A DNA stretch of 64,000 bases from Blepharisma stoltei ATCC 30299 (Eukaryota; Protista; Ciliophora). Positions 22,045 to 33,705 of this stretch are shown here, one piece after another (within the stretch, counting starts at the first letter, position 1; each line of letters begins with the position of its first letter). A model generated the notes under the pieces. The model ran no database searches. It was not told the origin of the DNA and saw nothing but the letters and a program-made list of their open reading frames with translations. The DNA lies in NCBI GenBank assembly GCA_965603825.1, contig CBFDEM010000054.1, positions 372,001 through 436,000 of the forward strand. Direction: 5' to 3'. The translations under genes were made by a program, and so were the position numbers.

Positions 22045-23721
22045 ATGTCGTATTCTAGTCATAATAAACCCAAAGTACGACGGTTCAAATTAGTCGTGCA
22101 AGTGGCAGGGGTGTTTAAACAATTGACGATTTTTCAATGGATGTCAGTTTCTGAGCTGAAACAAGAAATCTACAGGCTTTTTGGAGTCCCAGTGCAGCAA
22201 CAAAGATTGTTTAATGGACATTTGGAACTTTCGAGCAGCAGGATGTTGGAGGACTATCACATTTTTAATCAGGATAAGAAAAATAGAATAATTGTGGTCG
22301 AGTTTAGGCAGCTTGCAGGGTCGTTTATTAGAATTTGCCCGGGATCTGAAGTAAATTCGGCGCTATCGCAGCTAGTAGCAGAAATACAGCATGGATTGGC
22401 GATTGGACTGGCTCCAAATTTGACGATGGATGGGACTGGAGGGACTTATTTTTTGAAAAATACTTATAAAAAGATCAGGGCAGTTTTTAAACCCCTTGAT
22501 GAAGAAGCTTTTGCTCCGTTTAACCCGAGAGGCCATGTCGGGAAATTTGGAAGCCCAGGATTTCGACCAGGAGTTTTGTCAGGAGAAGCTGGGTATAGAG
22601 AAGTTGCCGCGTATTTATTAGACCATCAAAGGTTTTCAGGCGTTCCCAATACTACTCTTGTTGAATGCCAACATGATAATTTTTATCATGGAACCGACAG
22701 AAATGCAGAAAAAAACCCAAAAAAAGGGTCACTGCAAGAATTTATAAAAAGTCAAGGATGTATTGAAGATTTCTCGTCTTCACTATTTACCAAGCAAGAA
22801 GTTCAAAAAATTGCTATATTAGATATAAGAATATTGAATATGGACCGAAATGAAGCAAATATTTTAGTTCAGGATAATTTCCATTTAGTGCCCATTGATC
22901 ATGGGCTTTCGATCCCTGATTGTTTGGATATTTCTGAATATGACTTGTGCTGGATGTCTTGGCCACAAGTAAAGAGCCCAATTGAGCCAGAATGTTATGA
23001 TTATATTGAAACTATTGACCCTGTAGCTGATATAAGCTTGCTGAGAGATACAATGCCATTTAGAGATAAATGTCTCAGGAACATTAGAGTATCAAGCTTA
23101 TTATTAAAAAAAGGTGCGGAAGCTGGCCTCAGTCTTTTTCATATCGGCTCAATGTTGTATCGTGAAGGATACGAAGACAACCCATCTATAATAGAAAACA
23201 TTATCGATAAATCTCGAAATATGTATTATACCCTCAACGAGCACCTCCATACTCGACTTATGATTGAGCGATCTTTAAGCCCTCGAATAAAAAACAATCG
23301 TCAGCGTGCCTTTTCTTCAGGCGAGGAGTCTTTCCTAGACACTTTAGCCAGACTTTCCCCCAAGAATCAAAGTTCTCCACAGAACACTGAGACAGATACG
23401 TCTGATAATGCTTATGATGTAGTCATGATGATTTCTGAATTATCTGAAGAAGACGAAGAAGACCATGAAAATTTCCCCCATCTGGACTCTCTAGGGAGGA
23501 GCCTCTCACTGCCTTCTTTAATGGATGATCATTCTATTAAGAAGAAAGTCAAGAAAAAGCGTGATGAAGACGAAGCGTTCAATCAAAAATTATTTTATTA
23601 TATAGAAGCCTTCATGGAGCAAGCTATCGAAATGAAGGTCAAAGATCTTAGAAGTAATTCTTACTTAGAAAATGAAACCCCTGAAGGGCGTATCAGATCC
23701 TGCAGTTATGCACTTGGCTAA
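22045..23721 (+). CDS. Type II PI4-kinase gamma-like protein with N-terminal ubiquitin-like domain
   Basis: UBL (VSELKQEIYRLFGVPVQQQRLF..LEDYHI) plus DGTGGTYF, AVFKPLDEE, GEAGYREVAAYLLD, GSLQEF, LDIRILNMDRNEANIL, LVPIDHGL. Start taken at ATG 22045 after AT-rich spacer. Confidence 0.88.
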   Translation: MSYSSHNKPKVRRFKLVVQVAGVFKQLTIFQWMSVSELKQEIYRLFGVPVQQQRLFNGHLELSSSRMLEDYHIFNQDKKNRIIVVEFRQLAGSFIRICPGSEVNSALSQLVAEIQHGLAIGLAPNLTMDGTGGTYFLKNTYKKIRAVFKPLDEEAFAPFNPRGHVGKFGSPGFRPGVLSGEAGYREVAAYLLDHQRFSGVPNTTLVECQHDNFYHGTDRNAEKNPKKGSLQEFIKSQGCIEDFSSSLFTKQEVQKIAILDIRILNMDRNEANILVQDNFHLVPIDHGLSIPDCLDISEYDLCWMSWPQVKSPIEPECYDYIETIDPVADISLLRDTMPFRDKCLRNIRVSSLLLKKGAEAGLSLFHIGSMLYREGYEDNPSIIENIIDKSRNMYYTLNEHLHTRLMIERSLSPRIKNNRQRAFSSGEESFLDTLARLSPKNQSSPQNTETDTSDNAYDVVMMISELSEEDEEDHENFPHLDSLGRSLSLPSLMDDHSIKKKVKKKRDEDEAFNQKLFYYIEAFMEQAIEMKVKDLRSNSYLENETPEGRIRSCSYALG

Positions 23722-23748
23722 TTTTAACATTTACTTTAAGTTAAATGT

Positions 23749-24555
23749 TTATACGTGCGCATCTGGTAGGATTTTTTGGAAGTTATGATACAGCTGCTCA
23801 GCTGTCTCCTCTTCTGAGGAGTTTTTTATTCTACAGAGCTGAGAAAATACGAGAGGTAAGTATTTCGGGAAATTCTGCGGCTTCTCCTCTTCTAATGGCT
23901 CAGGTATCATTTCTTTAATAATTTGTGAGGGTGAGTCTGTTTCTATTAAAATGTTTGTGAGAGGGATTCTTTCAATTACAGACTGATGTTTGGCTTTTCA
24001 TACAGAAACCATGCTCAGACTGAACATCACTTCATTGGGAAAGTGAGCCAAAAGCTCTTGTGTCATCTCTCATGGCCCTTCATAAGAATGCATAATAAAA
24101 GGGACCCTTGAGTTTTTCATTTCCTGTCTTAAGATTTTTATGACTTTTCCAAATGCAGAAACACAGTGGATGCTCATCAATCTTCTGTATTTTAAAGCAA
24201 TCCTGATCTGGCGTCTAAAAAAGTCTTCTTGGAGCATTTTAGGAGCTAATTTACTTTTATAGTGGTCAAGCCCAATTTCTCCAACATATATTTTATTGGA
24301 TGAAGCTAATAAAGCTTCCATTCTTTCTTCTCAGCCATCAATTGCACTATTAATATACCAAGGATGAATTCCTATGCAAGGAATTATTCTAGAGTTAATT
24401 ATGTTTAATTCGAGCACTTGATTTCAGTCATTTTCTTGGATTCCGTTACAAATAAAATCAGTGACTCCTGCTCTATTCGCTTCTTCTAGAACTCTTTCAA
24501 TAATATTTATTTCTTGAAGGTGGCAGTGAGCATCTAATAAAGTTCTAGCTCTCAT
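23749..24555 (-). CDS. TatD-family DNase
   Basis: LLDAHCHL, IGIHPWY, VGEIGLD, SIHCV, MHSYEG, ILIETDSP in one frame through TGA codons. TAA at 23749-23751. Confidence 0.92.
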
Positions 24556-24558
24556 TAA

Positions 24559-25314
24559 TTAAATATTAGTCAAAGAATTTAATTTCGTACAAGTCTCTTC
24601 CAAAAGTCCTAACAGCGTTTCTTCTGAGCTTTCTCTCTCATTTCTCTCCTGCTCAATTTCACTTTTAATTTTTGCAATTAAATCTTGCAGCATAAACAGC
24701 ATAGCTTCTTCGGTTTCTTCTCTTGCTTTTCTTTCTACCTCTAGTGCTTCCTGCGTTTTCTGGATATTTTCGTTAATTTTTTCTGATAATTCTTCGCTAG
24801 TTTTCTCAATCTCAATTTTTTCACTTGTCATCATTTCTTCAATTTTATTGATTTTTTCTTCAAGGAAGCTTTTCACTGATTTTATGGAGTCAGATCTGGC
24901 TTGGCTTTCTCTCGATAAATCAGATTTTAAGGAGTTTAAACGGTCGTCGAATATTTTTTGGAATTTTAAATCTGAGTCTCTTTTGTCAATGGAAGATTGC
25001 TGCAACAAATTTGTAAGAACTTGCTCTTGATCCAATAGCTCTTTAGATTTAGAATCAAAGAAGTCTTCACGGGTTTCTTTTAGTTGGGATAATGAATCTG
25101 AGATCGAGTCTAACTGAGCTTTATGTGCTGTGAATTTTTTTGAGTTTTGCTCTTCAAATTCTGCTAAATTTAATTCAAGTTCTTTACATTTTCGCTCGAG
25201 CTGGTCAACCCTTGTTCCTCTCTCAGAGTCAATCCCAGTTTGAATTGTAGAAAGGCAGCTTGAAATTTGAAAAATCCTATCTTGATTAAGAGAAGAAAAA
25301 CTACTAAAACTCAT
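24559..25314 (-). CDS. SF-assemblin/beta-giardin-like coiled-coil cytoskeletal protein
   Basis: All coiled coil, with the C-terminal ERKAREETEEAMLFML..EIEQERNERESSEETLLGLLEETC pattern typical of striated-fibre assemblin-like proteins. Confidence 0.65.
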   Translation of the reverse strand: MSFSSFSSLNQDRIFQISSCLSTIQTGIDSERGTRVDQLERKCKELELNLAEFEEQNSKKFTAHKAQLDSISDSLSQLKETREDFFDSKSKELLDQEQVLTNLLQQSSIDKRDSDLKFQKIFDDRLNSLKSDLSRESQARSDSIKSVKSFLEEKINKIEEMMTSEKIEIEKTSEELSEKINENIQKTQEALEVERKAREETEEAMLFMLQDLIAKIKSEIEQERNERESSEETLLGLLEETCTKLNSLTNI

Positions 25315-25359
25315 ATAAAATATAAGAAATAAATAAGAGATATTATATTTAATTCACAA

Positions 25360-26511
25360 ATGAACTATAAGGAGTTGATTTTTGTTTGGATTGGAATTAC
25401 AAGCTTTTTTTATATTCCAATTGGAATTATGCTGCATAAGAGATCTAAAAGAAAAGCTATCAGAAACAGATCGCCTGTGCTAGTTCTGATAATACATTGA
25501 TCAAATTATTTGCAATGCTGCCTATTTCTTACAACTTTGTACTTATCGGTTAAAAACACTGAGCCCAGCTTATTTGATGGAATATACCGAGCATTGTCAA
25601 TAGTTTTGCATTACTCAAAGTTTTTCCCATTCTTACAAAGATGCTATAGGGTTTATTTTATTTTTAAACTTGACTGCAATATTGACGAAGCGGACAGTAC
25701 TTTTAGGAAAAATATTCATAGAGCGAGCCAAAATTGACAGGTAAAAATTTATTTACTAAGTCTTTTACCTATTTTACTAATTGCGGGTGGAATTTCATAT
25801 TTTGATATCACAGAAAAAGCTTTTCCTATCGCTTTTTATGATGTTAACTCTCAAAGTATTACAGAAATTGTATATTTATTAGCGCTATTTTTAGAAGAAA
25901 TTTCTTTTGTATTTGCAGTCTATGCACTACGAAATGTAAATGATGATTATAATATGACAAAGGAACTCACTTTGATATGCACATTATGAATTCTGACTGG
26001 GCTAGTATCAATTTATCCAAACGATACAGTATGAAGAATTTGTGAAATATGCAAAGACCATATAATTATGATAATTTGTTCTTGCTACCCTCTATATAAC
26101 AGTTTTAAAGAAAGTTCATTTGAAGAAGTCCTGACATTAGAAATGCTGCAGTCTCTCGATTTAATTTTGCAATGCAGAACCACACTTGAAGCGTTTGAAG
26201 ACTCATTGCGAAGCTATAATGTCAAAATTAAAGAGCATAGTTGTTCTGAGTATTTACAGTTGTGATTGAAATGTGAATATTCTAAGTATAACCCTGATAA
26301 TGATATGATCCAAAATGAAGCAGTGATTTCAGCATCAAATTTACAGCTCCAAGATAACTCTAGTATAAATAGTATTCAGTCAGAAGTATATAATATTTTA
26401 AACGACATCTGCTTTCCTCATTTCAAGAAATCCCAAGTTTATTTAGACTTAATGCGATATATTACCAAGCAGCAAATTTATATAAACCGACTCTTGCAAA
26501 CCTCATTCTAA
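25360..26511 (+). CDS. 7TM-RGS protein (seven hydrophobic helices + RGS domain)
   Basis: One frame from ATG 25360 to TAA 26511 via TGA codons. IRNRSP after TM1, seven hydrophobic segments, RGS-like C-terminus (LDLILQ..LEAFEDSL..SEYLQLW..EVYNILNDICFPHFKKSQVY). Confidence 0.75.
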
Positions 26512-26635
26512 TTCTTCATTATAATAACTTCTCAGTATAGTTCTGATTAAATGGCAGCAGTCATGATAATTAATTTTAGTAGTTAAATTAATATCTGCAA
26601 ATTTTAGCTTCATTAATTATTCATTAATTAAATAC

Positions 26636-29600
26636 TTATTTGTGTTGTTGATTTTTGAGTTTCATATCTTTGAATAGTGAATTTCTTGTTTGTAAGCTTT
26701 GAGGCGTGTCAATTTCTTTACATTTTCCATCATGCATAACAATAATTAAGTTGCTATTCATAATTGTTCCGATTCTATGAGCAATCATAAGCACAGTGCA
26801 TCCAAAAAATTTTGTTTGAATAAGTCTTTGGATTTGACTGTCAGTTTCATGATCAATTCCAGCAGTTGCTTCATCAAATAAAATAATTTTTGTGTGGCTT
26901 AGCATTGCTCTTCCTAAGCTTATTAATTGACGTTCACCCACTGACAAATTAAGCCCATCATTTTTTACTTGGAAATCAATTAAAAATCTTGACAAGCCGA
27001 CATTGTCTAATGCTTGAGAAATTTCTGCATCAGTTTTTGCATGTGTAGGGTCGAGATTGTCTTTGAGAGTCCCAGAAAATACAAGCGGATCTTGTGGGAC
27101 TAAGGTTAAAGCTGACCTTAACTTTTGTAAACTTATTTGAGCTATATTGATTCCATCTATAAAAATAGAGCCTGAAGATATTTCTACAAGTCTAAGCAGG
27201 CATAAGAAAATTGATGATTTTCCACTTCCTGTTCTGCCAATTAATCCTATTTTTTGGCCACCTGAAATAGAAAAGGAAAGATCTTTAAGTACTATTGGAG
27301 AGTTTGGGCGATATCTCATTTCAACATTCCTAAACTCTATAGAGGGATTATTTGGCCAATTTTGCAATTTTATGTCAGTTTGAAAGCTACTTTCCTTAGC
27401 AATATTTATATACTGAGCTGCTCTTTCCACAGAAATTGCACTATTTTCAGTGTCTGCAAGCATTCCAATAAAATATGTGACTCCTTCTGACAGAGAAAAT
27501 ATATAAGTTAGGGTAATTCCAATTACTCCAGGCGATATATCATCTCACACAACAATAAGTACAGCCACGATACAAGTAACAAGAGAACTCAAAATCCCTA
27601 AACTTACAGTCATTCAGCATTTGCAAGCCCCCAAAGAGTACTGAACCCTTGAATTTTGATTCAGCAGCTTATAATTTTTTGCAAGAAAATTTTCTTTTTG
27701 TTTAAAAGTTCTGATTATTTTTGCACCTGTGATAGTTTCTCCAAAATGATTTAAAATAGGAGACCTTGAGTTCGCCTCAAGTCTTGTTAATTCAATAGCA
27801 ATACCTAAAAATTCATTTTTCACTTTATTTGAAAAATAAATTAATGGTGCCATTAAAGGAATAGTAATTGGAAAATAGATGATAATCAATACCAATTTTG
27901 AGACAGCACTGCATATTTCTGCAATTAGGCTGCCTATGTTTCTAGCTATAGCTTCATCTATAATATTCATATCTTTACTAAGCCTATTTAGCAGCCTACC
28001 CAATGGAGTTACATCATAAAACAGGTTCACCGGCGCTTTTATAAAGGAAATTATCATTTTCTCATGAATTTTCTTAGATGCTCTAATTCCAAGAAAAACC
28101 AGCATAGAAAGCGATCTGACATAGACAAAAAGACTCCCGCCGACTCGCAATAAAAGATACCAGTAAAGATATTTAGAAGCATCTAAAGATTCAGTTGTCC
28201 AATTTTTTAAGACGATGTCTGCTATCATTTTTGTGGATGCCCATAATGACATTGCTATAAATGCTGTTATCAGCATGCAATATCCACCAGAAAAATTAAA
28301 ATAAGTTTTGTAAATTTTAGGGTCAACCCTACCAATTTCTTTTTTTTCTTCTGCTATCAGTCTGTTTTGAGAGTTGGAAATTTCTTCTAAAGACACTTCA
28401 GAGCGATTAACGAAGCTCTCAGTGAATTGCAACTTTTCTGTAGTAACAATTTGCTTTACAGTTCCATTTTCGAGCATAGCTATTCTATCTACTTTATTGA
28501 GAATATCCAAACGATGCGTTATTAAAATTCTTGTTTTTGAGGAAAGCAGGCCTAAGAAACATTTATTCATAATGCTCTCAGCTACATCAGAGTCCACAGA
28601 ACTTAAAGGGTCATCTAATAAGTACACTTCTTTATCCGCATACACAGCTCTAGCAAGACAAATTCTCGCTTTTTGCCCACCACTTAAGTTGATTCCTTTC
28701 CCTCCTATTTCTGTAAGATCTTTATCTGGTAACGAATTTATATCCTGGACTAGAGAGCAAGCTTCAATCACAGATTTATACCATTTTTCTATATAAGTTT
28801 TCCCAAATAAAATATTATTTTTAAGGGAGTCATTTTGAAGCCAAGAATCAAGAGAAGGGACAAAAGCGATATTATCAGACACTGTAATTTCTCCTGCATT
28901 TATCTTCATTTCTCCCATCAAACTATTTAGAAATGAAGATTTCCCACTTCCGACTGCTCCGATAACTGCCAAAAATTCTCCTTTGTTTATTTCTAAATTC
29001 ATATTATTCAAAACATTTGCTTCACCATATGAGAATGAGCAGTTCTTCATAGTTATTGTATTTCCAATTGGCAAATCTTCTAAGTCTGGAACATCTAGTA
29101 ATTTTTGCATTCTTTTAATACTCACAAAGCACATTAACAGTTCTGCTATTAAATAAGGGACATCTTGTAAAGAATCCTGCAGAATAGTCAGTGTGATTAG
29201 AGTCACAAACGCTTCTTCAGATGTTAAAGTTTTCCCCATAATTTCTGTATAATATACAAAAACAGAGCCCGTTGTCAAGCTTGGAATAGTCCAATAAAAG
29301 AAATAAGCAGTTGCATATAAAAACATTAAAAACCTTAAAAATGATAGCTCCTTGTTTCTTATCCCACGAATTTGCCCTTGAAAGTATTTTTCTCAACAGT
29401 AAGCTTTAATCATTTTTATATTGCTCAGCAGTTGTGTCGACATTTCAATTCTTTTATCTCTTATAGTCATTATGCTTGCGGAATACTTTTTTAGTTTTGA
29501 AGCTATGATGTAGTTGAGTAAAACACATATAATAAGAGTTATAAGAGCAGCATAAACTGCTTCACCTACTTGTTTTTGTATTAAATATATAGAAAGTGCC

Positions 29601-30229
29601 ATTTGTAGCGGACTAACTATTAGGACACTTAAATGAGGAAGACATTCAAAAATCTTTTTTGTGTCAATTTGTAAGAGATTTACCCCCAAGCCTTCAGGAA
29701 CAGATGAAACTTTTAAGACCTTTTGATAAACCACACTGCAAATAGAATTTTTCACTCGAATTTCAAGAATTTTACAAAGCCAAGTATATTTTACTACTAA
29801 AATTCTAGTAGAAAGCACAATGATTGAAAAAAATAATGCTAAAAATAAACCATAAGATAAAGATTTATCGTTCGATAGGATATAAGCAATTAATAGTTGA
29901 ATAAATATAGGGCCAGCAAATTCAAAGGAAGAGATAATAAGCCTTAAGAAAATTGTTTTAAAAATCAAGCCTAAATGAGCAGTAAATAAGGCTCTAGCAA
30001 GCTTATGCTTTTTTAATAAATCTGAAAGTGTTTCCCTTTCGGAGTATTCCTCATCTGGCAATGGATACGTATCTTCAATTTTTATATTAGATTTATCTTT
30101 TCATGCAAGAATAGGCTTTACTCAAGTAAAAAATAAGCTCGACAGAAAAGAGTGCTCTAAAGAATAAAGAGGGAAATATGACGAGGTATTCGTTGTATGA
30201 GAAAACTTGATGTCCTGAAGTTCCATCAT
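26636..30229 (-). CDS. ABCC/MRP-type full ABC transporter (~1197 aa)
   Basis: TMD-NBD-TMD-NBD in one frame via TGA. GAVGSGKSS, NLSGGQKARI, LLDDPLS, TPLGRLLNRLSKD, GRTGSGKSS, NLSVGERQL, IAHR. Confidence 0.95.
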
Positions 30230-30289
30230 TTTATTAGAAAATGAGGATATTTTAATGATAAAAATTCTGATTAATTTTAAGAAAATTTA

Positions 30290-32212
30290 TTAAGAGCTAT
30301 CAATTTCGTCATTAACTTCGACATATGTGTATCTTTTCAGCGAGATTCCAGTTTTATATACATGAGAATTGACTCAGTTTTTAGGACAAATATATGGAGT
30401 AGTGAGCTTTATTATATATCGGCAGGGAGAAACTTCATCAGCCTCGACCATTTCGTATTCTTCTCCACATAGATACTCTACTTTGGTTGTTCTTTTGCAT
30501 GTTTCATCTGAATCACCGTCTTCTAAATGCTCATAAAAAGATGAAAAATGGTCTAGTGTTGGTATTAAGTTCAGTTCATCAAACAACTCCTGAACGAAAT
30601 ACTCTACATCCATAACCTTCATGTTTTTGACTGTTGCCTCTCCTTTAACTCCAAGCAAAAAACTGTTTATATTTTTAAGGCTTGAATGCTTATATCTTAT
30701 TTTCAAGCCAGACCCTAATTTTTTCCCAGTTCCGAAATAAAAGTTTTCGTTATATATAACAATCCAAAAATGTGTCAGAGAAGTGTATATTTTTTTATTA
30801 AAAGCTGCTATATCTTGATTTATTTCAGATGATAATGCATTTAAGGAGCCGTTATTTAATCCTAAGTATAAGTGAAATAATATTTCATACTCGCTGGAAA
30901 GAAAACTTAACGAAATTGTTGGTATGTATATATCAGCATCTGGAATTTCAAATAAAATTACCCCACTGCCTTCAGTTAATAAAGTAAAGCAAGAAGAAAT
31001 TTCTGGAAATTTAATCCTTTCTTCTTCACTATCAAAAAATATCATTTTACTTGGGCAATATGGATTTCAAAATGTCAGCCCTAAAAGTGGCTCTTCATAT
31101 TTTGCACTTTCTAAATAATAAAGTTTGAATTCTTCATTTGGAGAATACTCAAGTGGGTAAACTGGATATTCCAATATAATTGCATCATTAGAAACCACTT
31201 TTAAAACAAATGATATCGCTGATATCGAGTCTTCTTCCAAAATTTCCTGTTTTGGTTTTACTATAAAGTCATCATTTGCGATACTTTTTGGCAAAATAAA
31301 TACAATATTTAAATCTCCTATTCTTGAGAACTCAGTATTTTCTCCATATAATAAGGATCCTTGAATAATTATTTTTCCAGGCATTTTGGTGAAGTGCAAT
31401 TTTTCTGATTTTTCAGTAAGCTGGTATATTTGATCATACTCAATTTCAGTGCCTATCAATTCTCTATCAATTTCAATTAAAGTTTCATCCAAAAACCTTT
31501 TAATTCTCCTAAGTTCTAGCCCGTAATCTGTTAAGATATATAAAGGCAATCTTTTTGAAAAACTGCTTATAAATGCGCAGTCATCGCAATAAATAAACTT
31601 TCCAACAATATTACTTCATTTCTGAGACTGAATTTTGCTATCACCTTCTATTAGCTTATAGGGAAAATTCCCAGGGGAGCTTAAAGGAGAATATTGAAGT
31701 AAAAATAAATTGTCACTGGCTTTTAAAATAATTTCATATTTTTTATTGCCAATAGCAATTTTTCAATCTTTTAAAAAGCCATTTCGGACATTTGTGACAG
31801 GAATAAGAGACCGAGCAATTCTGCCATCAATGTGCAACTCTTTTTTCAATTTATTGCTCATATCAGGGAAAATGCTTTCTGCGCATCTTTTAGGATTTCA
31901 TGAGCCAAGAGTATTAATTTGTGTGCTTTTCTCAGAGTTCTCTTCTTCTTTTTCTTGATTTTTTACATGTAGTTGTGATATCTCTATTCCTGGACGAGCA
32001 ATATATGATCATCGTTCTTTATTGTCTAAAATTAATGCATTCCCACATAAGGTCTTTGCGATGATTTTTCCAGTCTCCTCAGCAATTTGCACTGGCTTAT
32101 ATTTAGATACTTCGTCTCAAAAATCTTTCGTTTTTATGCTTTTTCCTAGGAGAGAGGTAAGCTTTAAAATGCATAAAAGTATGAATAATCTTCTAAGCAT
32201 CCTATTTATCAT
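30290..32212 (-). CDS. Secreted/ER protein with OS-9/PRKCSH-type MRH domain elements (~640 aa)
   Basis: ATG 32212 with a signal-like segment (RRLFILLCILKLTSLLG). One frame via TGA through ORFs 31067 and 30374 to TAA 30290-30292. C-terminal KRTTKVEYLC..DEVSPCRYIIKLTTPYIC. Confidence 0.7.
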
Positions 32213-32380
32213 GCTGAATTAACTATTTTTACTATAAATCATAAAACTAATAGTTTAGCATTTTATAAGGCTTAAGTATTCAATCTATAGGTTTAAGAAA
32301 TAAAGATATAATACTTATGCCTATTTATTTCTTGGATAAACTTATCATATTTTGCCAACACGTGTGAAATTAGTTAATAT

Positions 32381-33302
32381 ATGCTTAGTTGGCATTTTAT
32401 TGTTTTCATAGCTATTTTAGTTGGAATGTGGCTTTTTAGACTCTTTAAAAGTAGACCACGCGCGCTAGGTATTCGCTATTGTAGTTCCTCCAGGCATACT
32501 AAAAGGCCCTGACACTTTTATACCAGTGAAGCTATCTGAAGTTTTCCCAATATCTGATAACACTAAGGTTTTCAGATTTGAGCTGCCAGATGACAGCCTG
32601 CCTCTCGGCCTCCCTTTGTGTCAGCATATCTTATTCAGAGCTAAAATTCCTACCAAAAATAGCCCAGAAGGTGAAGAAATAATAAGAAAATATACCCCGA
32701 CATCAAGATTGAATGACGTCGGGTTTTTCGAAGTTCCAATCAAAATTTACTCAAAAAGCACTCACCCTGAATTTCCTGATGGTGGAATTATGACACAATA
32801 TCTAGACTCTCTAAGGATCGGAGATAAAATCGACATTTCTGGACCAAGAGGAAGGATTATTTATAATGGCGGTGGAGAATTTTCAATTGAAAACTTAAAC
32901 GGAAAAACAGAGAAAAAAGCGAGAAATATTGGTTTTATTGCAGGTGGGACTGGAATAACACCGTGCCTTCAGCTTATCCAGTATGCAGCTACTAATTCAA
33001 ACGAAAATCTGTATATGTCATTGATTTTTGCTAATCAAACAGAAAATGACATATTGCTTAGACCTTTAATAGAAGAATTTGTGGCTGAGCAGAAGCTATT
33101 TGTTTATTATATTTTAACCAAGGCTCCTGAAGGGTGGCCAATGGGCACAGGATATATTTCTGAAAGCCATATAAAAGAAAATATGCCACCTCCAGGTCCA
33201 GAAACTTTGATTTTCCATTGTGGTCCAAAACCATTCAATATTCTTACGAGACAGCTTTTGGAGAAATTAGGCTACACAGACGACATGATTTGCAAGTTTT
33301 AA
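32381..33302 (+). CDS. NADH-cytochrome b5 reductase with N-terminal membrane anchor; one 16-nt intron
   Basis: LGLPLCQH, RKYTP, IKIY..HPEFPDGGIMTQYL, GPRG, IAGGTGITP, FANQTENDILL, CGP. Hydrophobic exon 1 from ATG 32381. Confidence 0.93.
32469..32484 (+). other. 16-nt spliceosomal intron (cytochrome b5 reductase)
   Basis: GTATTCGCTATTGTAG. Its removal supplies exactly the frame change that links the anchor exon to the catalytic ORF. Confidence 0.85.
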
Positions 33303-33705
33303 CTAGTAAATTACAAATAAATTCGCGAAATCTATTAATTAAATGTAAAACTCAAAGCTAATTAGAAGACCTGATGGCTGGTGCTATCATCAATTAATAC
33401 TAAAAATATATAATGAACTTCATTTATAAATAATCATTGCAAGATTAAAATAATCAAGGATGTAATTTAACTATCGCTATGTTTTAAGCACCAATTTTAT
33501 ATCAATAATTACATGGAATTTTCAATTTAATATATCAAAATTAAAAACACAAAATCAAATATGCAATAATCTTTTATTAATCTAGTTAATACTTATTTTA
33601 AATATGCTCAACTTCTACTAAGGTCTTTAAATTTTAGCTTTGCCTTTAACCAATAACTCAATGTTAATTTTAATTAATTTCTTTACTTTTAAATTAATTT
33701 CCATT

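Noticed and set aside
33640-33705. TTG-initiated N-terminal extensions of CFAP57 (and likewise 40632-40712)
   Set aside because: AT-rich spacer-like sequence. The downstream ATGs (33706; 40713, giving MGCC) are better eukaryotic starts.
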